Source of the DNA: Octopus vulgaris | Taxonomy: Eukaryota | Direction of reading: 5' to 3' | Assembly (NCBI GenBank): GCA_951406725.2 | Contig: OX597822.1 | Span: 5,580,001-5,644,000 of the forward strand | DNA: 64,000 bases | Notes under the pieces: generated by a model | The model's database searches: none | Seen by the model: only the letters and a program-made list of their open reading frames with translations | What the model was told of the DNA's origin: nothing | Part shown: piece by piece, positions 13,601 to 27,126 of the stretch | Layout: the number at the start of each line of letters is the position of its first letter | Numbering within the stretch: the first letter of the stretch is position 1 | Position numbers and translations under genes: made by a program

Positions 13601-13989
13601 TGTGATGAATTCTATAAAATGCAGTAAGAGAGAACAGCATAAAGTTCACTTAAAAGTCAATATAGTAACAATTTCATATTCAGAGCGAAAAGTGAATTCA
13701 AATTTTAAATGTCAAATATATTTTGCTTTTAATCTAAATGTAACTGTTAGAAATGCCTTGTCTAGTGCAGAAGGTGACCACAAACGATTATGTTAATCAA
13801 AAAACTTCTTTTTTTTTTTCCTTTTATTAGACATCAAATGTTCGAACAAAAATAATAGGCTACAATCAAGAAGTTACAGGAGTCTAATAATAGCATGTGT
13901 CTGTAGCATGTGTTAGAAGCATCAATGTGTAGAAAAGAAATGCAATTAAAGGGAATTAATTGAATATGAATTTTGATGAAGATGTACAA

Positions 13990-14330
13990 TAGGCACAGGA
14001 GTGGCTGTGTGGTAAGTAGCTTGCTAACCAACCACATGGTTGCGGGTTCAGTCCCACTGCGTGGCATCTTGGGCAAGTGTCTTCTGCTATAGCCCCGGAC
14101 CGACCAATGCGTTGTGAGTGGATTTGGTAGACAGAAACTGAAAGAAGCCTGTCGTATATATGTACATATATATATATGTGTGTGTATCTGTGTTTGTCCC
14201 CCAAGCATTGCTTGACAACCGATGCTGGTGTGTTTACGTCCCCGTCACTTAGCGGTTCGGCAAAAGAGACCGATAGAATAAGTACTGGGCTTACAAAGTC
14301 AAATGACTGAAACAAGTAAAAGAGTAAAAG
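13990..14330 (+). mobile_element. CORE-like tRNA SINE with internal deletion near the 3' end
   Basis: Matches family; TTACAAAG joined directly to TCAAATGACTG. Confidence 0.88.
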
Positions 14331-14870
14331 AATAAGAATATACCAAATAATCTTGGCAGAAGGAACAGGTTATGTAAAAGAAACAGGTCTGTATTAGCCC
14401 AGTCATGCTGAATGTATAATCACTACTCTTACCACTCTCGGGTTTTGTGGTAAGAAGTTTGCTGTCCAACTAAATGAATCAGGATCCAATTTCACTGCAT
14501 GGCACCTAGAGTGTTTTCTGCAATAGCCCCAGGCTGACCAAAGCTTTGAGAGAAAAAACCCATCTTATGTGTGTGAGTGTACCTTTGTGTTTATCCCCTA
14601 CCACTGCTTGACGACCAGTGTTGTTTTGTTAATGTCCTCATAATTTAGTAGTTCAGTAAAAAGAAGCTGATAGAATAAATATCAGACATCAAAAAAATTT
14701 ATTTTGGGGGGCTGATTTGTTCAACTAAACCCTTGAAGGCATGCCCCAGCATGACCACAGTCTAATGACTGAAACATATGTGAAAAAGATTAATAAAAGA
14801 AAGTGACATGCAGTGGATTAAACTGAGGATGTTCTGCTTAATAGTCAAAATAACCTATGATAGAAATGAT

Positions 14871-15075
14871 TCTTTTATTCTTTTACTTGTTTCAGTTATT
14901 TGACTGCAGCCATGCTGGAGTACTACCATAAAAGGTTTCAGCCGAAGAAATCGACCTCAGGACTTACTACTGGTCTCTTTGCCGAACTGTTAAGTTATAG
15001 AGACATAAACACACCAACATCGGTTGTCAAGCAATGGTGGTAGTGGGACAAATACAGACACAAAGACACACACAC

Positions 15076-15129
<54 letters not shown>

Positions 15130-15160
15130 GTGGGCTTCTTTCAGTTTCTGTCTATCAAAT
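14871..15160 (-). mobile_element. CORE-like SINE, 5'-truncated (a more diverged + copy lies at about 14440-14775)
   Basis: Family tail and central (TA)n. Confidence 0.75.
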
Positions 15161-15214
15161 CAGTGAGATACTTTTAGCAATTCTGCCAATCCATCAACTT
15201 TAATAAGAGTAATA

Positions 15215-16415
15215 ATCCTTTCTACTAAAGGCACAAGGCCTGAAATTTGTGGGAGGGGGATAATCAGTTACATTGACCCCCCCAGTGTTCCACTGGTACT
15301 TAATTTATTGACCCCAAAAGGACAAAAGGCAAAGTTGACCTCAGCGGAATTTGAACTCAGGATGTAAAGACAGACAAAATGCCACAAAGCATTTTGCCCA
15401 GCGTACTGATGATTCTGCCAGCTTACAGCCTTAATAATAATAATCTTTCCCAGTATAGGCACAGGCCTGAAATTTGGAGGAATGGGACTAGTCAATTACA
15501 TCAACCCCAGTACTCAACCGGTGCTTATTTCATTGATCCCATAACGAGGAGCAAAGTCAGACTTGGCAGAATTTGAGCTCAGGACATAAAGACAGATGGC
15601 TAGCAATTTCAAAGAGAGGGAACAAGTCAATTATATCATCCCCAGTACTTGACTGGTACCTCATTTTATTAACCCCCAAGTTAATTTGGGTGGGATTTGA
15701 ATTCAAAAGAAATATCACTAAGCATTTTCTCCAATGCACCAGGAAGTCTACCTGCTCATAAAGGTTTCAAATTTTGGCTCAAGGCCAGCACTTTTTAAAG
15801 GGATTGTGACGTGGATTACATCAACCCTAGTACTTGACTAGAACTTATTTTATTGCCCTGAAATGATGAAAGGCAAAGTTAACTTGACCTCAGCAAAATT
15901 TGAACTCAGAATGTAAAAATGGTTGAAATGTAGCAAGCAGTTTGTCTGATATGGTAATAATTCAGCCAGCTGGTCACTTTAATGATGATAATAATAATGG
16001 TTTCAAATTTTGGCACAGGGCCAACAGTTTATGAGGGCAGGGGGAAGTGAATTACATCAACTCCAGTACTTGACTGGTACTTACTTTATCAACCTCGAAA
16101 GGATGAACAGCAGTCAACTTTGGTGGAAATTGAACTCAAAACATAAAGACAGACAAAATGCTCGCAGCATTTTGTCAGGCATGCTAACGGTTCTGCCAGC
16201 CCACCATTTTATAATAATAACAATAATAATAATTATTTGAGGAGGGGTTTAGTTAATACTACAAACCCCAGTACTTTACTAGTACTTTAGCTTATTAGCC
16301 CAGGAGAAACAAAAGACAAAGTTGACCTCAATAGAATTTGAACTCAGAACATAGAAAGCTAAAAGGAATAAGAAAAGGAAGTTGTCTGATACTAACAATT
16401 CTGCCAAACTGCCAC
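15215..16415 (-). mobile_element. Head-to-tail array of about 6 diverged Nin-domain SINE copies
   Basis: Repeated units of about 150-220 bp containing CCCCAGTACT..ACTGGTAC, GGCAAAGT..ACCTC and AATTTGAACTCAG, several separated by (AAT)n. Confidence 0.8.
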
Positions 16416-17192
16416 CTGCCAATATGGTGTTGAAAATGTGTTTAAAATACTAATGTTATCCAGATATAAATACGTGAATAACAAGGTTAATATATATCAT
16501 TTGAGAAGAACTGCTGTTAGCAATAAAACAATTCTGTCTGCAGAAGAAAGCTTTTATAATATTAGAAGTTGTGTGATGCTAAATAGTAATAAAATATAAC
16601 CTATGGACAGAATAAGTACAATATAATCTTTTGGATGGGTCATGTTAGAATTTTAGAAAAGCCGGCAACTAGCAACTGTATATCAAAAGATATTGGTTGA
16701 AACATGTGAGAGATAATTGCTTGTATTAAACAGAGACTATAAACAAGGATACGTGCTGAAGAAAAAAATTGGTACAGGTTATATTGTATCTGAAAAGATT
16801 GGGTTTTACAATAACTGAGTAAAGAGAACACTGACTTGCAGACCTATCCAACCCATAATGGGAACAAAAAGGGGATACTGAAGTTACATCATACACAAAG
16901 AAAACTTCCACCAAATTACAGATAAGTCCAACAACTGCCAATAATCATGCATCTGTAACTATGGCAACACTAAACCCACCCACCCACCCATCATCATTTA
17001 ACATAAGTTTATTTTTCATTTTATTATAAAATATATTGGCATGGCTGTGTAGTTAAGAGGTTTGCTTCCCAAACACATGATTTTAGGTTCAGTCCCACTG
17101 CACAACAGCTTAGGCAATTATTTTCTACTATAGCCCTGGGTCAACAAAAGCCTTGTGAGTGGATGTGTCAAACAGAAACTGAAAGAAGCCTG

Positions 17193-17235
<43 letters not shown>

Positions 17236-17570
17236 TACACACATACATGTGCACAACATGGTGATTTCATAACAAGATAAATAGCTCATGATGTTGTAAA
17301 TGGGGTCCAGTTAGAATCCTGCCAAAAGGTTCCTGAATAAGGTTAGTTTAACAATGATGAACGAAACACCCATGTTTCCAGAGTTGAATTATTGAGTTTC
17401 CTTCTAATCCACTAACAAGGCTTGAGTTAGCCAGGGGTTATAGAAAAAGACTTATCCAAAGTGTTGTGCAGTATGACTAAATCTGAAACCATGTAGTTGT
17501 GAAACATACTTAATCACACAGCCATAACTGCATCTAGTGTGTGTGTGAGTATGCCTGTATGTATATTTTT

Positions 17571-17932
17571 TGGAAGCACTCCGTCGGTTACGATGACGAG
17601 GGTTCCAGTTGATCCAAATCAACGGAACAGCCTGCTTGTGAAATTAACGTGTAAGTGGCTGAGCACTCCACAGACACCGGGGATATTCAGCGTGACACAG
17701 AGAGTGACAAGGCCGGCCCTTTGAAATACAGGTACAACAGAAACAGGAAGTAAGAGTGAGAGAAAGTTGTGGTGAAAGAGTACAGCAGGGATCACCACCA
17801 TCCCCTGCCGGAGCCTCGTGGAGCTTTTGGTGTTTTCGCTCAATAAACACTCACAACGCCTGGTCTGGGAATCGAAACACCGATCCTATGACCGCGAGTC
17901 TGCTGCCCTAACCACTGGGCCATTGCACCTCC
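17571..17932 (-). mobile_element. OR-type tRNA-Arg SINE with alternative (Ceph-like) body and tail
   Basis: Same head as 3464 but different 3' half (GTGTGGAGTGCTCAGCCACTTACACGTTAATTTCAC...CCGACGGAGTGCTTCC). Confidence 0.85.
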
Positions 17933-18909
17933 ACCTGTATGTATATATGCACACATACACACACAAAGTCACATTGAACGTCTTAAAACAAATTTGACTA
18001 AATTAGAGAGAAAAAATCCTCAAGAATGTCAATTGTTCAACAAAACCCCAAGAAGTTTGATAAGCAAAAGCAAATTTAAGAAAATAATGCAGAACATATA
18101 TTGTTCATACAGAAAGAAAAATTTGTAATTTTATTAATATTTTATCAATTATGGGTATATGTGTGTATGTGTGTGTGTGCATGCATGCGTATTGTGTGTG
18201 CATGCATGCGTATGTTTGTTGTTTTGAAAATTATTTTTCATTTAAAACAGCAAAAAGTCAAATGCAAATCACATTCTAAAATGTTGCTAACATTATTAAA
18301 TAATACATATATTTGAATTAAATTTCAATTCTTAATAGATTTTTATTATCTATTAATCCCTGATTAATGAGAATAGAATTAATTTTGTAATAATTCTAAG
18401 AAATGTTGCTTCTATATTTATGTAACATCAGAGTAAGAAACAAATATGATAAAAAGAATAACTAAGTAGATGGGTTTTAGACTGGCGTCTGGAAAGAAAT
18501 GATTTTACTTCTGGTGTGATATGAAGGAGAACTTGCTCATTTGAGATATTGCCGTCTGGTTTTTTTTTTAAATCATAGACTATAAAAGCACAAGAGAGAT
18601 GTCTCCTCCATAGAAATCTTACTTTGGGTAATAATACCATCAAGAGAATGCTTCGGGTAGAAATAATGCCAGCTGAAGAATTATTCCAAAGAACTACGAG
18701 TTCATGTTCAACACTTTTTTACACACACACATAATATATAATAAATATATATATATATATACATATATTATATTAAATTAGAGATAAAACCACTATTAGG
18801 CAAATCAAACAATGAAAAACATAAGCCAATACATAAAATTAATTAATTTATATTATTTTAAATATATATCAAAAGTATTAAAAGTTTAATAAGATAAAGA
18901 GTAAAACAC

Positions 18910-18965
<56 letters not shown>

Positions 18966-19331
18966 TGATTCATTCACAGGAGGAATATTGTCTTTAACTG
19001 TATATTATGCAGGTTTACTTGCTTGACAAGTATTTTGATCTGAGCTCATGCGTTGAAACTAAAATGATTGCAAGTTAGCCATTCAGAAATGTCACACAAA
19101 GACTGGTAACTTATTGCAAAGTGAAAGGGTCACAGTTGTTTTGAGTAGTTTCAGTGAAGTTAACGTCTGCGTGTTTCTGAATGGCCTAATTTGTGTCTTC
19201 CATGCTGTAACCAGTTAATATATATTTTCAGTCAGTGGAATGCAGAACATATTCAGGAACTGCCTTTATTCTCTTATGCGTTTCAATCATTTGACTGTGG
19301 TCATGCTGGAGCACCACCTTGAAGGGTTTAA

Positions 19332-19552
19332 CCCTTTAGTGTTCGCATTATTCTGCCAAAATTAATGCTTTTTTATCCACATTGTTTTGAACTAATCATG
19401 CATTATCTTGTAGCTATGAGATTTTGATGAGGTAGCTGTTAATTTTTAAAACGATATTGTAGGGTTGGTGTGAGAGATCAGATAGGGCTAGTTTGAACAT
19501 AGAACAGGCAGAATACTTTTGGCCGGATATGGCCGGTTTAAATGCTAAAGGG
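19332..19552. mobile_element. piggyBac-type MITE
   Basis: TTAA|CCCTTTAG ... CTAAAGGG|TTAA. Confidence 0.85.
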
Positions 19553-19714
19553 TTAAGTCGAAAAAATCAACCCTAGGACTTATTCTTTGTAAGCCTAGTA
19601 CTTGTTTTATCAGTCTATTTTGCCAAACCACAAAGTTACAGGGACAAAAACACCAAAATTGGTTGTTACACAATGGTGGGGAACAAACACAGTCACACAC
19701 AGACAGACAGACAG

Positions 19715-21003
19715 ATTGGATCATCTCATAAATAATGTGGTTTCTTTATACTTCTTTTACTTTTCAAAATTAAGATAAACAAAGTTCTTTTTTAATCAAA
19801 AATATACTCTCCATTTTCTACAATGCTCTTCCATCTATGTGGTAGTCTTGCAAGGCCCTTTTTTGAAAATCCATTTGTCCATGACAAAAAATACTCCTCC
19901 AGTACTGTTCTGACCTCATCTACAGAATTCATACTTTTTCCATCCAAATGATTTTGAAGATTGTGGAATAAATGATAATCAGATGGGACAATGTTCAGTG
20001 AATATCGTAGGTGGAGCATCGTTTCCCATTCAAACTGCTCCAGCCTTTGGAATGTCATCCTCGCTGTATGTGGCTGAGCATTATCCCAATTGAAGAACAC
20101 CTTTTGTCTTGAAACCAAAGATGGTCATTTTTCTTTTAGCACTGGCTTAAGCCATTCAAGCTGCTCGCAGTAGATCTCCTTTGTTATTATTTGGTTCGGG
20201 TTTAAAAGTTAAAACTGGACTAAACTTTTCATATTCCACCAAACAGATAACAACATCTTACATGGGTGAATACCTTCTTCAGCTTGTGGGGTGCCAGTGT
20301 TTCCCCTTTTCCCTACACATTGTCTTCAGCACTTGACATTTCTCTAGAGAGCTCATTTCTCATCACCAGTTGCTATTCGGTCCAAAAACAGTTCATTCAG
20401 GAGACATACCAGCAAAGAAGAGCACACATTCACTCTCTGTGTGCAATTAGACTCAGAAAGTTTGTGAGGAACCCATTGACCCAATTTTCCGACAAAGATG
20501 TTGATGAATGGTTGATTGACCATATCCAAGCTTCTCTGCTAGTTCAACAGTTATGATAGGATTTTGTTCCACTAGGATTTGCAGGACATCCTCATTGAGC
20601 TCCACAGATCTTCCAGGACAAGGCTTGTCTTCTAGGTTGTAGTTTTCAACTCGGAATTTCTGGAACTACCGTTGACACTGGCTTATAGTTATTGTCTGAT
20701 CCCCATATATGGCATTAATATTCCTCGCACTTTCTGTTGCGCTGTTGCTTTTATTGAATGCATAAAGCAAAATATGCTGAATATGCTCCTTTGTCACTTC
20801 CATCATAGCTTTAAAAAAATAACTGTTAAAAATCAAACTGCACTCGTCAAAACTAAGAATAAATACAAGGTAAAACTAAGAATAAATACAAGGTAAAATT
20901 ACTACCTGCTTTTATAGCAAGTTGATGCAGGTAGTTTATCACATCCCTCTCCAACTTGTAGTTCATGCAATTGAAAAAACAACATTAGTTATGGGATGAC
21001 CCA

Positions 21004-21005
<2 letters not shown>
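19715..21005 (-). mobile_element. Full-length (about 1.29 kb) decayed mariner transposon
   Basis: Imperfect TIRs ATTGGATCATCTCATAAATAATGTGG / CAACATTAGTTATGGGATGACCCAAT; inserted in a SINE microsatellite; encloses a transposase pseudogene. Confidence 0.92.
19792..20803 (-). pseudogene. Mariner DD34D transposase pseudogene
   Basis: MEVTKEHIQHILLYAF HTH N-terminus, WVPHKL, TGDEK*, DNAQPH, YSLNIVPSDYHLF, LPHRWKSIVENGEY; in-frame stops and frameshifts. Confidence 0.95.
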
Positions 21006-21040
<35 letters not shown>

Positions 21041-22462
21041 ACAGGCTTCTTTCAGATTCCATCTACCAAATCCACTCACAAGGTTTTGGTCAGCCTGAGG
21101 TTATAGCAGAAGACACTTCTGGCCAAAAGTGTCACACATTAAACCTGGAGCTATGTAGTTGGGAAGCAAGCTTCTCATCACACAGACATGCCACAAATAA
21201 ATCAACCCCTTTGTCTACCAGTCTCTTTTTGCCAAACAGCTAGTTACACAGACATTAACAAACCCCCACTGGTTGTCAAGTGCTGGTGGGGTACAAAGAC
21301 ACACACACACTCATATATATATATATGATGGATTTCTTCCAGTTTCTATCAACCAAATTCACTCAAGGCTTTGGTCAGCCTGGAGCTATATCAGAAAACA
21401 CTTGTCTGAGGTGCCAAACCTAGAACCGTGAGGTTTAGAAGCAAGCTTCTCACCCCACAGCCACATCTGCACCTATAAAAATTTAATCTTCCCTCAAAAT
21501 AGAGACCTACCCCAAATGCTTACAACAGAGTAGTTTCCACAAAAGACAAGTGTCAGGTGATAGAACAAGACAACAAACTAAGTTTACAACTTAAAAAGCA
21601 AAGCCTTTGACCAGCTTCTATCAACCAAATTTCAGTCTCAATGATATTATCAATGTAAACAACATTTGCAATATGATGTGCCTTGGGCTGAATACTGAAT
21701 AAGTCCTGATGTTTGGTACAGTACAATAGCACAAAAATTCTCTTAGATTTAAAAAGTTAGATAAAAGAACAAAACACTCATTGTATTTCATTTTGCTTTT
21801 TCTCTACTAAATCAGACAATACTGATGTGCTACCAGCTAATTTCAGTTCATATAGCATTACAGACATAAAATACACTTCTTTATAGCTATGATGCTTGTC
21901 TAGTGCAATGATATATTGTAGTGAAATGAAACGTGTACAGTTACTGGGGAGCAATGAGATACGCAAAATCTAATGAACAATATGAAGCAGATTCCACATG
22001 GGCGAATTCAGAATAAGTTTAGATATCACAGGTATAAAGCAAATAAAATGCTGAGGTCAATTTTCTACAGTTGTGGCCAACCTTTACTTGTTTCCTAGCA
22101 AAGTAATATTTCCCTCATGGAAGGACAGGTTTCAATGAAAGACTGGAAATGCAGATCACAATTGGTATGACAGTGACAAGCAAGGACACACACACACACA
22201 CACACACACACATATTGTATAGGTATAGACGTGGCTGTGCAATAAGAACTTTGCCTTTTAATCACATGATTCTGGGTTTTAATATTTAATATGTGACTAA
22301 GGTGACAAGCTGGCAGAATTGTTAGCATGCCAAGCAATATGCTTAGCAACACCTTATCCAAGTGTCTTTACTAAAGCCTCAGCCTAACCAAAGCCTTGTG
22401 AATGGATTTGGTAGAGAGAAACTGGAAGAAGCATGTCAAGTATGTGCATGTGTGTGTGTGTG

Positions 22463-22695
22463 TACTCTTTTACTCTTTACTCTTTTACTTGTTTCAGTCA
22501 TTTGACTGCGGCTATGCCGGAGCACCGCCTTTAGTCGAGCAAATCGACCCCGGGACTTATTCTTTGTAAGCCCAGTACTTATTCTATCGGTCTCTTTTGC
22601 CGAACCTCTAAGTGACGGGGACGTAAACACACCAGCATCGGTTGTCAAGTAATGCTAGGGGGACAAACACAGACACACAAACATATATGCACACA
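22463..22695 (-). mobile_element. CORE-like SINE 3' half
   Basis: Young-looking copy with (TACTCTTT)n tail. Confidence 0.85.
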
Positions 22696-22854
22696 CTCCC
22701 ATTATGTGCCAGTTTGACTGTGTAACATTGCAAGCAAGCAAGCAAGATTGAAATTCGTTTTTAATGTAATATAGATATATATACATAAATATATACATAG
22801 CACCATCTGAATGTTGGGCCTCATGGAGGCAGTGACAGATGACTGAGACCTTTG

Positions 22855-23611
22855 GCGATGACCTAATTAGCAGTGGAAGATGTTCCAAAGTCATGGTAGC
22901 TAGAATGCAGAACCGTTAGCACGCCGGGCGAAGTACTTAGCAGCATTTCGTCTGTCGCTACGTTCTGAGTTCAAATTCCGCCAAGGTCAACTTTGCCTTT
23001 CATCCTTCCAGGGTCGATTAAATAAGTACCAGTTATGCACTGGGGTCAATATAATCGACTTAATCCCTTTGTCTGTCCTTGTTTGTCCTCTCTGTGTTTA
23101 GCCCCTTGTGGGTAGTAAAGAAATAGGTAGTTAGAATAAGAACAGGGTTGAAAAAGTTCTGTGATCTGTCACCTCTGGTAGCAACAAAAGGGTTACTTTT
23201 TTGAGTAGATAGTTGATTGTACAACGTATATTAGACAGTGTGATGCTACATAGAAACAAAACATGAACACTGAATCAGAGGACTCAGAAAATGAGATGGA
23301 CAAACTCTACTGAATCTATGGCACTCAGTGTATATGAATGACACAACACAAATGAAGTGAAAGAAAAATGGGGTACAAGAAGAGTCAGATACAGTGTACA
23401 AGAGAGAAGACTGAGCTGGTATGGCGGATGACAGCTGGACAATGAAATGCCAAATAATCCAAATAGAAAGAACCTGCAGAAGAGGATGACCAAGAAGGCA
23501 TGGGAAAAATTGATGAAGACTGATGACAGAAAACTAAATCATGTGAAAGAGATGGCAAAGGACTGCAACAACTGTGCTTGAGAAAACCTGGTTGACCCAT
23601 GTAAGCATAGT
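22855..23611 (+). pseudogene. RTE-clade LINE 3' remnant interrupted by a Nin SINE
   Basis: Decayed C-terminal ORF motifs (LISSG, VQERRLSWYG, TCRRG*PRR); end GACCCATGTAAGCAT resembles the tail of the 530-808 family. Confidence 0.7.
22907..23125 (+). mobile_element. Nin-domain SINE with 12-bp TSD
   Basis: GCCTTTCATCCTTCCAGGGTCGATTAAATAAGTACCAG core; TSD GGTAG(C/T)TAGAAT at 22895-22906 and 23126-23137. Confidence 0.88.
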
Positions 23612-23997
23612 GGATGGAAGTACTCCGTCGGTTACGACGATGAGGGTTCCGGTTGATCCGAATCAACGGAGCAGCCTGCTCGTGAAATTAACGTGTAAGT
23701 GGCTGAGCACACCACAGACACGTGTACCCTTAACGTAGTTCTCGGGGATATTCAGCGTGACACAGAGAGTGACAAGGCCAGCCCCTTGAAATACAGGTAC
23801 AACAGAAACAGAAACAGGAAGTAAGAGTGAGAGAAAGTTGTGGTGAAAGAGTACAGCAGAGATCACCACCACCCCCTGCCGGAGCCTCGTGGAGCTTTAG
23901 GTGTTTTCGCTCAATAAACACTCACAACGGAGGCGCAATGGCCCAGTGGTTAGGGTAGCAGACTCGTGGTCATAGGATCGCGGTTTCGATTCCCAGA
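23612..23997 (-). mobile_element. OR-type SINE with inverted tRNA head and TSD
   Basis: Body on - strand to 23928, head on + strand 23929-23997; AAGCATAGT at 23603-23611 and 23997-24005. Confidence 0.88.
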
Positions 23998-24400
23998 AGC
24001 ATAGTAAAACAGATATAAATAATTAATATTATTAGTAAGACTAGCAGAGTCATCAGTGTGTGGGACAAAAATGTCTTTTGTAATGTTTCTTGCAGCTCTT
24101 TACTACCTTCTCAGATGAAATTCTGCAAAAGTCAACTTCCTTTCATCTTTTTAGGATCAACTAGTAATGCATTCCAGTACTGCCCGACTGATATGACTTA
24201 CAGCCACATAGTATTATTTGTTCCTTTCTTATGGCCAGAATCGGCACAGCTGATATATAGGGAACTGGATTCCTAGTATAATGGAAGATATTGTTTGTTT
24301 GAAAGTAAAGGAGAGGAGGGTACAATTTGCATGGGTTTGCATGAAAGTGCTTTCTGTTCCTAAGAAGGATCACAAACTGTATATTCTTTCATCGTATGGG

Positions 24401-24619
24401 GGGGGGGTACGATTTTGCCCAGAAATCAGGTTTTCAAAATTTTTATTTCCCCCCTGTCCCCACCAGAATTTCTTAATTTGTAACTTTTATTTAATTTTTT
24501 TCTTTAATCACATAGAAAAATACAGATATATGAATCCAGGAAATATGAAGAAATTGGGGTAAGAAGGGAGAAAATTAAACTATTGAGAATGTGATTTTTG
24601 GGCAAAATCCTAATCTCCC
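24401..24619. mobile_element. MITE with G-rich TIRs
   Basis: GGG..TACGATTTTGCCCAGAAATCA vs TGATTTTTGGGCAAAATCCTAATCTCCC. Confidence 0.6.
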
Positions 24620-24884
24620 AAATTGGAAACATAGGAGTCGGAAGAAATTTAGGAAAAAAATAGATTTAAGGCACAAATGTCGCTTTAGAGATGCTAGAAA
24701 CAGCAAGTAAAGGACAGAATTTCTGGGAAAACTTCCTTTTAAGTTAATATCGAACATCAGGTTTTTAATACACTCATCACAAACAAATTACAGAAAAGAA
24801 AAAGGTAATTTCAGTTGGATTTTAGGTATAATTTTGCATATGCACACAGCAAGAAATAACATGATCTGTACGGAAGTTTTACTT

Positions 24885-24920
<36 letters not shown>

Positions 24921-26199
24921 TCGGAGAAACATTACTCTTATTATTCACACAATGTCATTCTCGTAATGCAATACTTTGTAATTTTGGTTGAAACTGAAAG
25001 TATGAAACTGTTTTCACTTTCCAATGAAACCTAGTCATGTAGAGCAGTGTCTTTCAAATAACTAAAGCTGGTTGTTGAGATAACGTAGAAAATATGTAAA
25101 TGAAAGTAAAGTTTATTTGGTAGCTGAAAGATTACTGAATCTTTTGATACCCCATACGTCAAAATTGGCAACTCAGTTTTTGAATACATAAGGAACATAC
25201 ACACACACACACACACACACACGTACAAACTGTCTTTTATATACATAGGTAAATTAATATACTAGTCAAATACCAGGTCAATGGTACCAAGTAAAATGGC
25301 TGGCCTTGTGCCTAAATCAGAAACCATTATTGTTGTTGTTGCTGTTACTATCATATATTCAGTATGTCAAAAAAAAACAACAACAACAATAAAAAGGGCC
25401 CAGGAAAATGTGGAGTGAAGTAAATAGACTTAAGAGAAAAAGGACTGATTGCTAATGGTTGTTGTGTGTGAAACAGATATAGATAAAAATATAGATAATG
25501 TAGATAATATATGGCCTGAGAGAAATAAGACAGACTGTTCCAGTAACAGATGGGCCAATTCTAAGTTACAAAAGTCATAAAGGAAAGGTTAATAAGACTA
25601 AAAGCTGATGGTACATAGTAGTTGAGCTAGTGGTAGGCTAAGAAATATATAGATGGAATGAAGTTATTGAACATGACAGAAGAATTAATAATTGACAAAA
25701 GACAACTGAAGAGATTCAATATTGTGGAGCTAGATAGATAAGCCGCAAACGAGCCAATCAATGCCAGCATGGAAAAAAACAGATGTAAACTGACAACAAT
25801 GATAATTTCAAAAAGGCTGCACAATAGGAATGGTGAGAGATAGACTGATTGATTGACTGGCAGAAATAGACTATTTTGTGTTCAATGTCAGATGTAATGC
25901 ACATTGATCAAAAGCAGTGTTGAAGTGGAGTCAGAGAGAGAGAGAGGGGGGAGAAGGTAGAGAGAGAGAGAGCTTGAAGAAGTAATAGCAGTGATGGAAG
26001 GAAGGGGGACAAAATGTGACGTACCTTAGCAAAGAGTTAATTAACATTCAGAAGTAGCAAAAACCAACAATAATGTAAGAAATTGAATTTGATAAATATA
26101 GAGAATATAGTATAAAAGAATGGAAGAGTCAAATGCAGGCATGGATGTGAGTTAAAAAGTTCTGGTGTGTGTACCCAGTCCTACTGCACACCACCTTAA

Positions 26200-26393
26200 C
26201 CAGTGTTCAGATTATTCTATCAAACATAATGGATTCCGGATTTGAATTAATCATGCATTATTTCATATCTTCATAAGATCGTGGCTTAATGTAGAATAAC
26301 ATTGTAGGGTAGGTGAGAGCCTGGATCTGGTCAGTTTGAACATAAAACAGATTAACTATTTTGGCCGGATATGGCCGGTTTAAATACTAAGGG
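26200..26393. mobile_element. piggyBac-type MITE inserted in a decayed SINE
   Basis: TTAA flanks; body homologous to 19332-19552. Confidence 0.7.
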
Positions 26394-27126
26394 TTAAGTA
26401 AGTGTCTTCTACAGCAGCCTTGAACTGACTGTCTTGTGAGCGAATTTGGTAGAAACTACACAAAGCCAGTCATGTGTGTATATATATGTAAACATTCATA
26501 AATGTGGGACAGTGAGTTTGTGTGTCTGTGTTTGTCAACAAATCACCTGATAACTTTTCAGTTTCAAAACCAAGTGGAATAAAAATCCTGTACTTGGAAA
26601 CCAGGTAAGGGTTAGTAACTGGAAAGTCATCCAGTCATAAAAAAAAAAATGCCTCACAAATACATGTTTATTCAAACCATGCAGGCACAGAAAAGCAGAT
26701 GTAAATCAAATACATGAAGAGTACTTCCTTTGTCCATTTTAGAAAGGAGTTCAAATTTGAGATCTCATGTACAGTACTAATGTTGTGGGGGAAAAAAATC
26801 ATAACTAATTATAATACTCTATCTTGCAACCTATAAATATTAGAGGCTTCATATATCATGTCTATGTACTTTAAAATTTAGAGCAAGAAGGGATTGCCAC
26901 ACAACATTAGGACCTTCTAGGAGGAAGTTGTTCTCAAATTAAAGATCTGATGCAATGCTTGTGATAGAGAGCACTATGCTAAAGGCACCCAAAGGTTAGG
27001 TGGAGTTATTAAACTAGACAGCAGATTATGTCTACCGCCTAAAAGATGCAGTGTGATGCTTATGGCAAGACACTGAATTGCACACTGGTAAACTGGTTCC
27101 AAAAATAGGGAAACACACATGTTTAA

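Larger units (their letters stand above)
19270..21195 (-). mobile_element. CORE-like SINE interrupted by a piggyBac-type MITE and a mariner
   Basis: SINE sequence resumes correctly after the TTAA MITE (19557) and after the mariner (about 21006). Confidence 0.75.

Noticed and set aside
15215-16415. CRISPR-like regular repeat spacing
   Set aside because: Units are diverged eukaryotic SINEs of about 200 bp; no identical repeats with unique spacers and no cas genes
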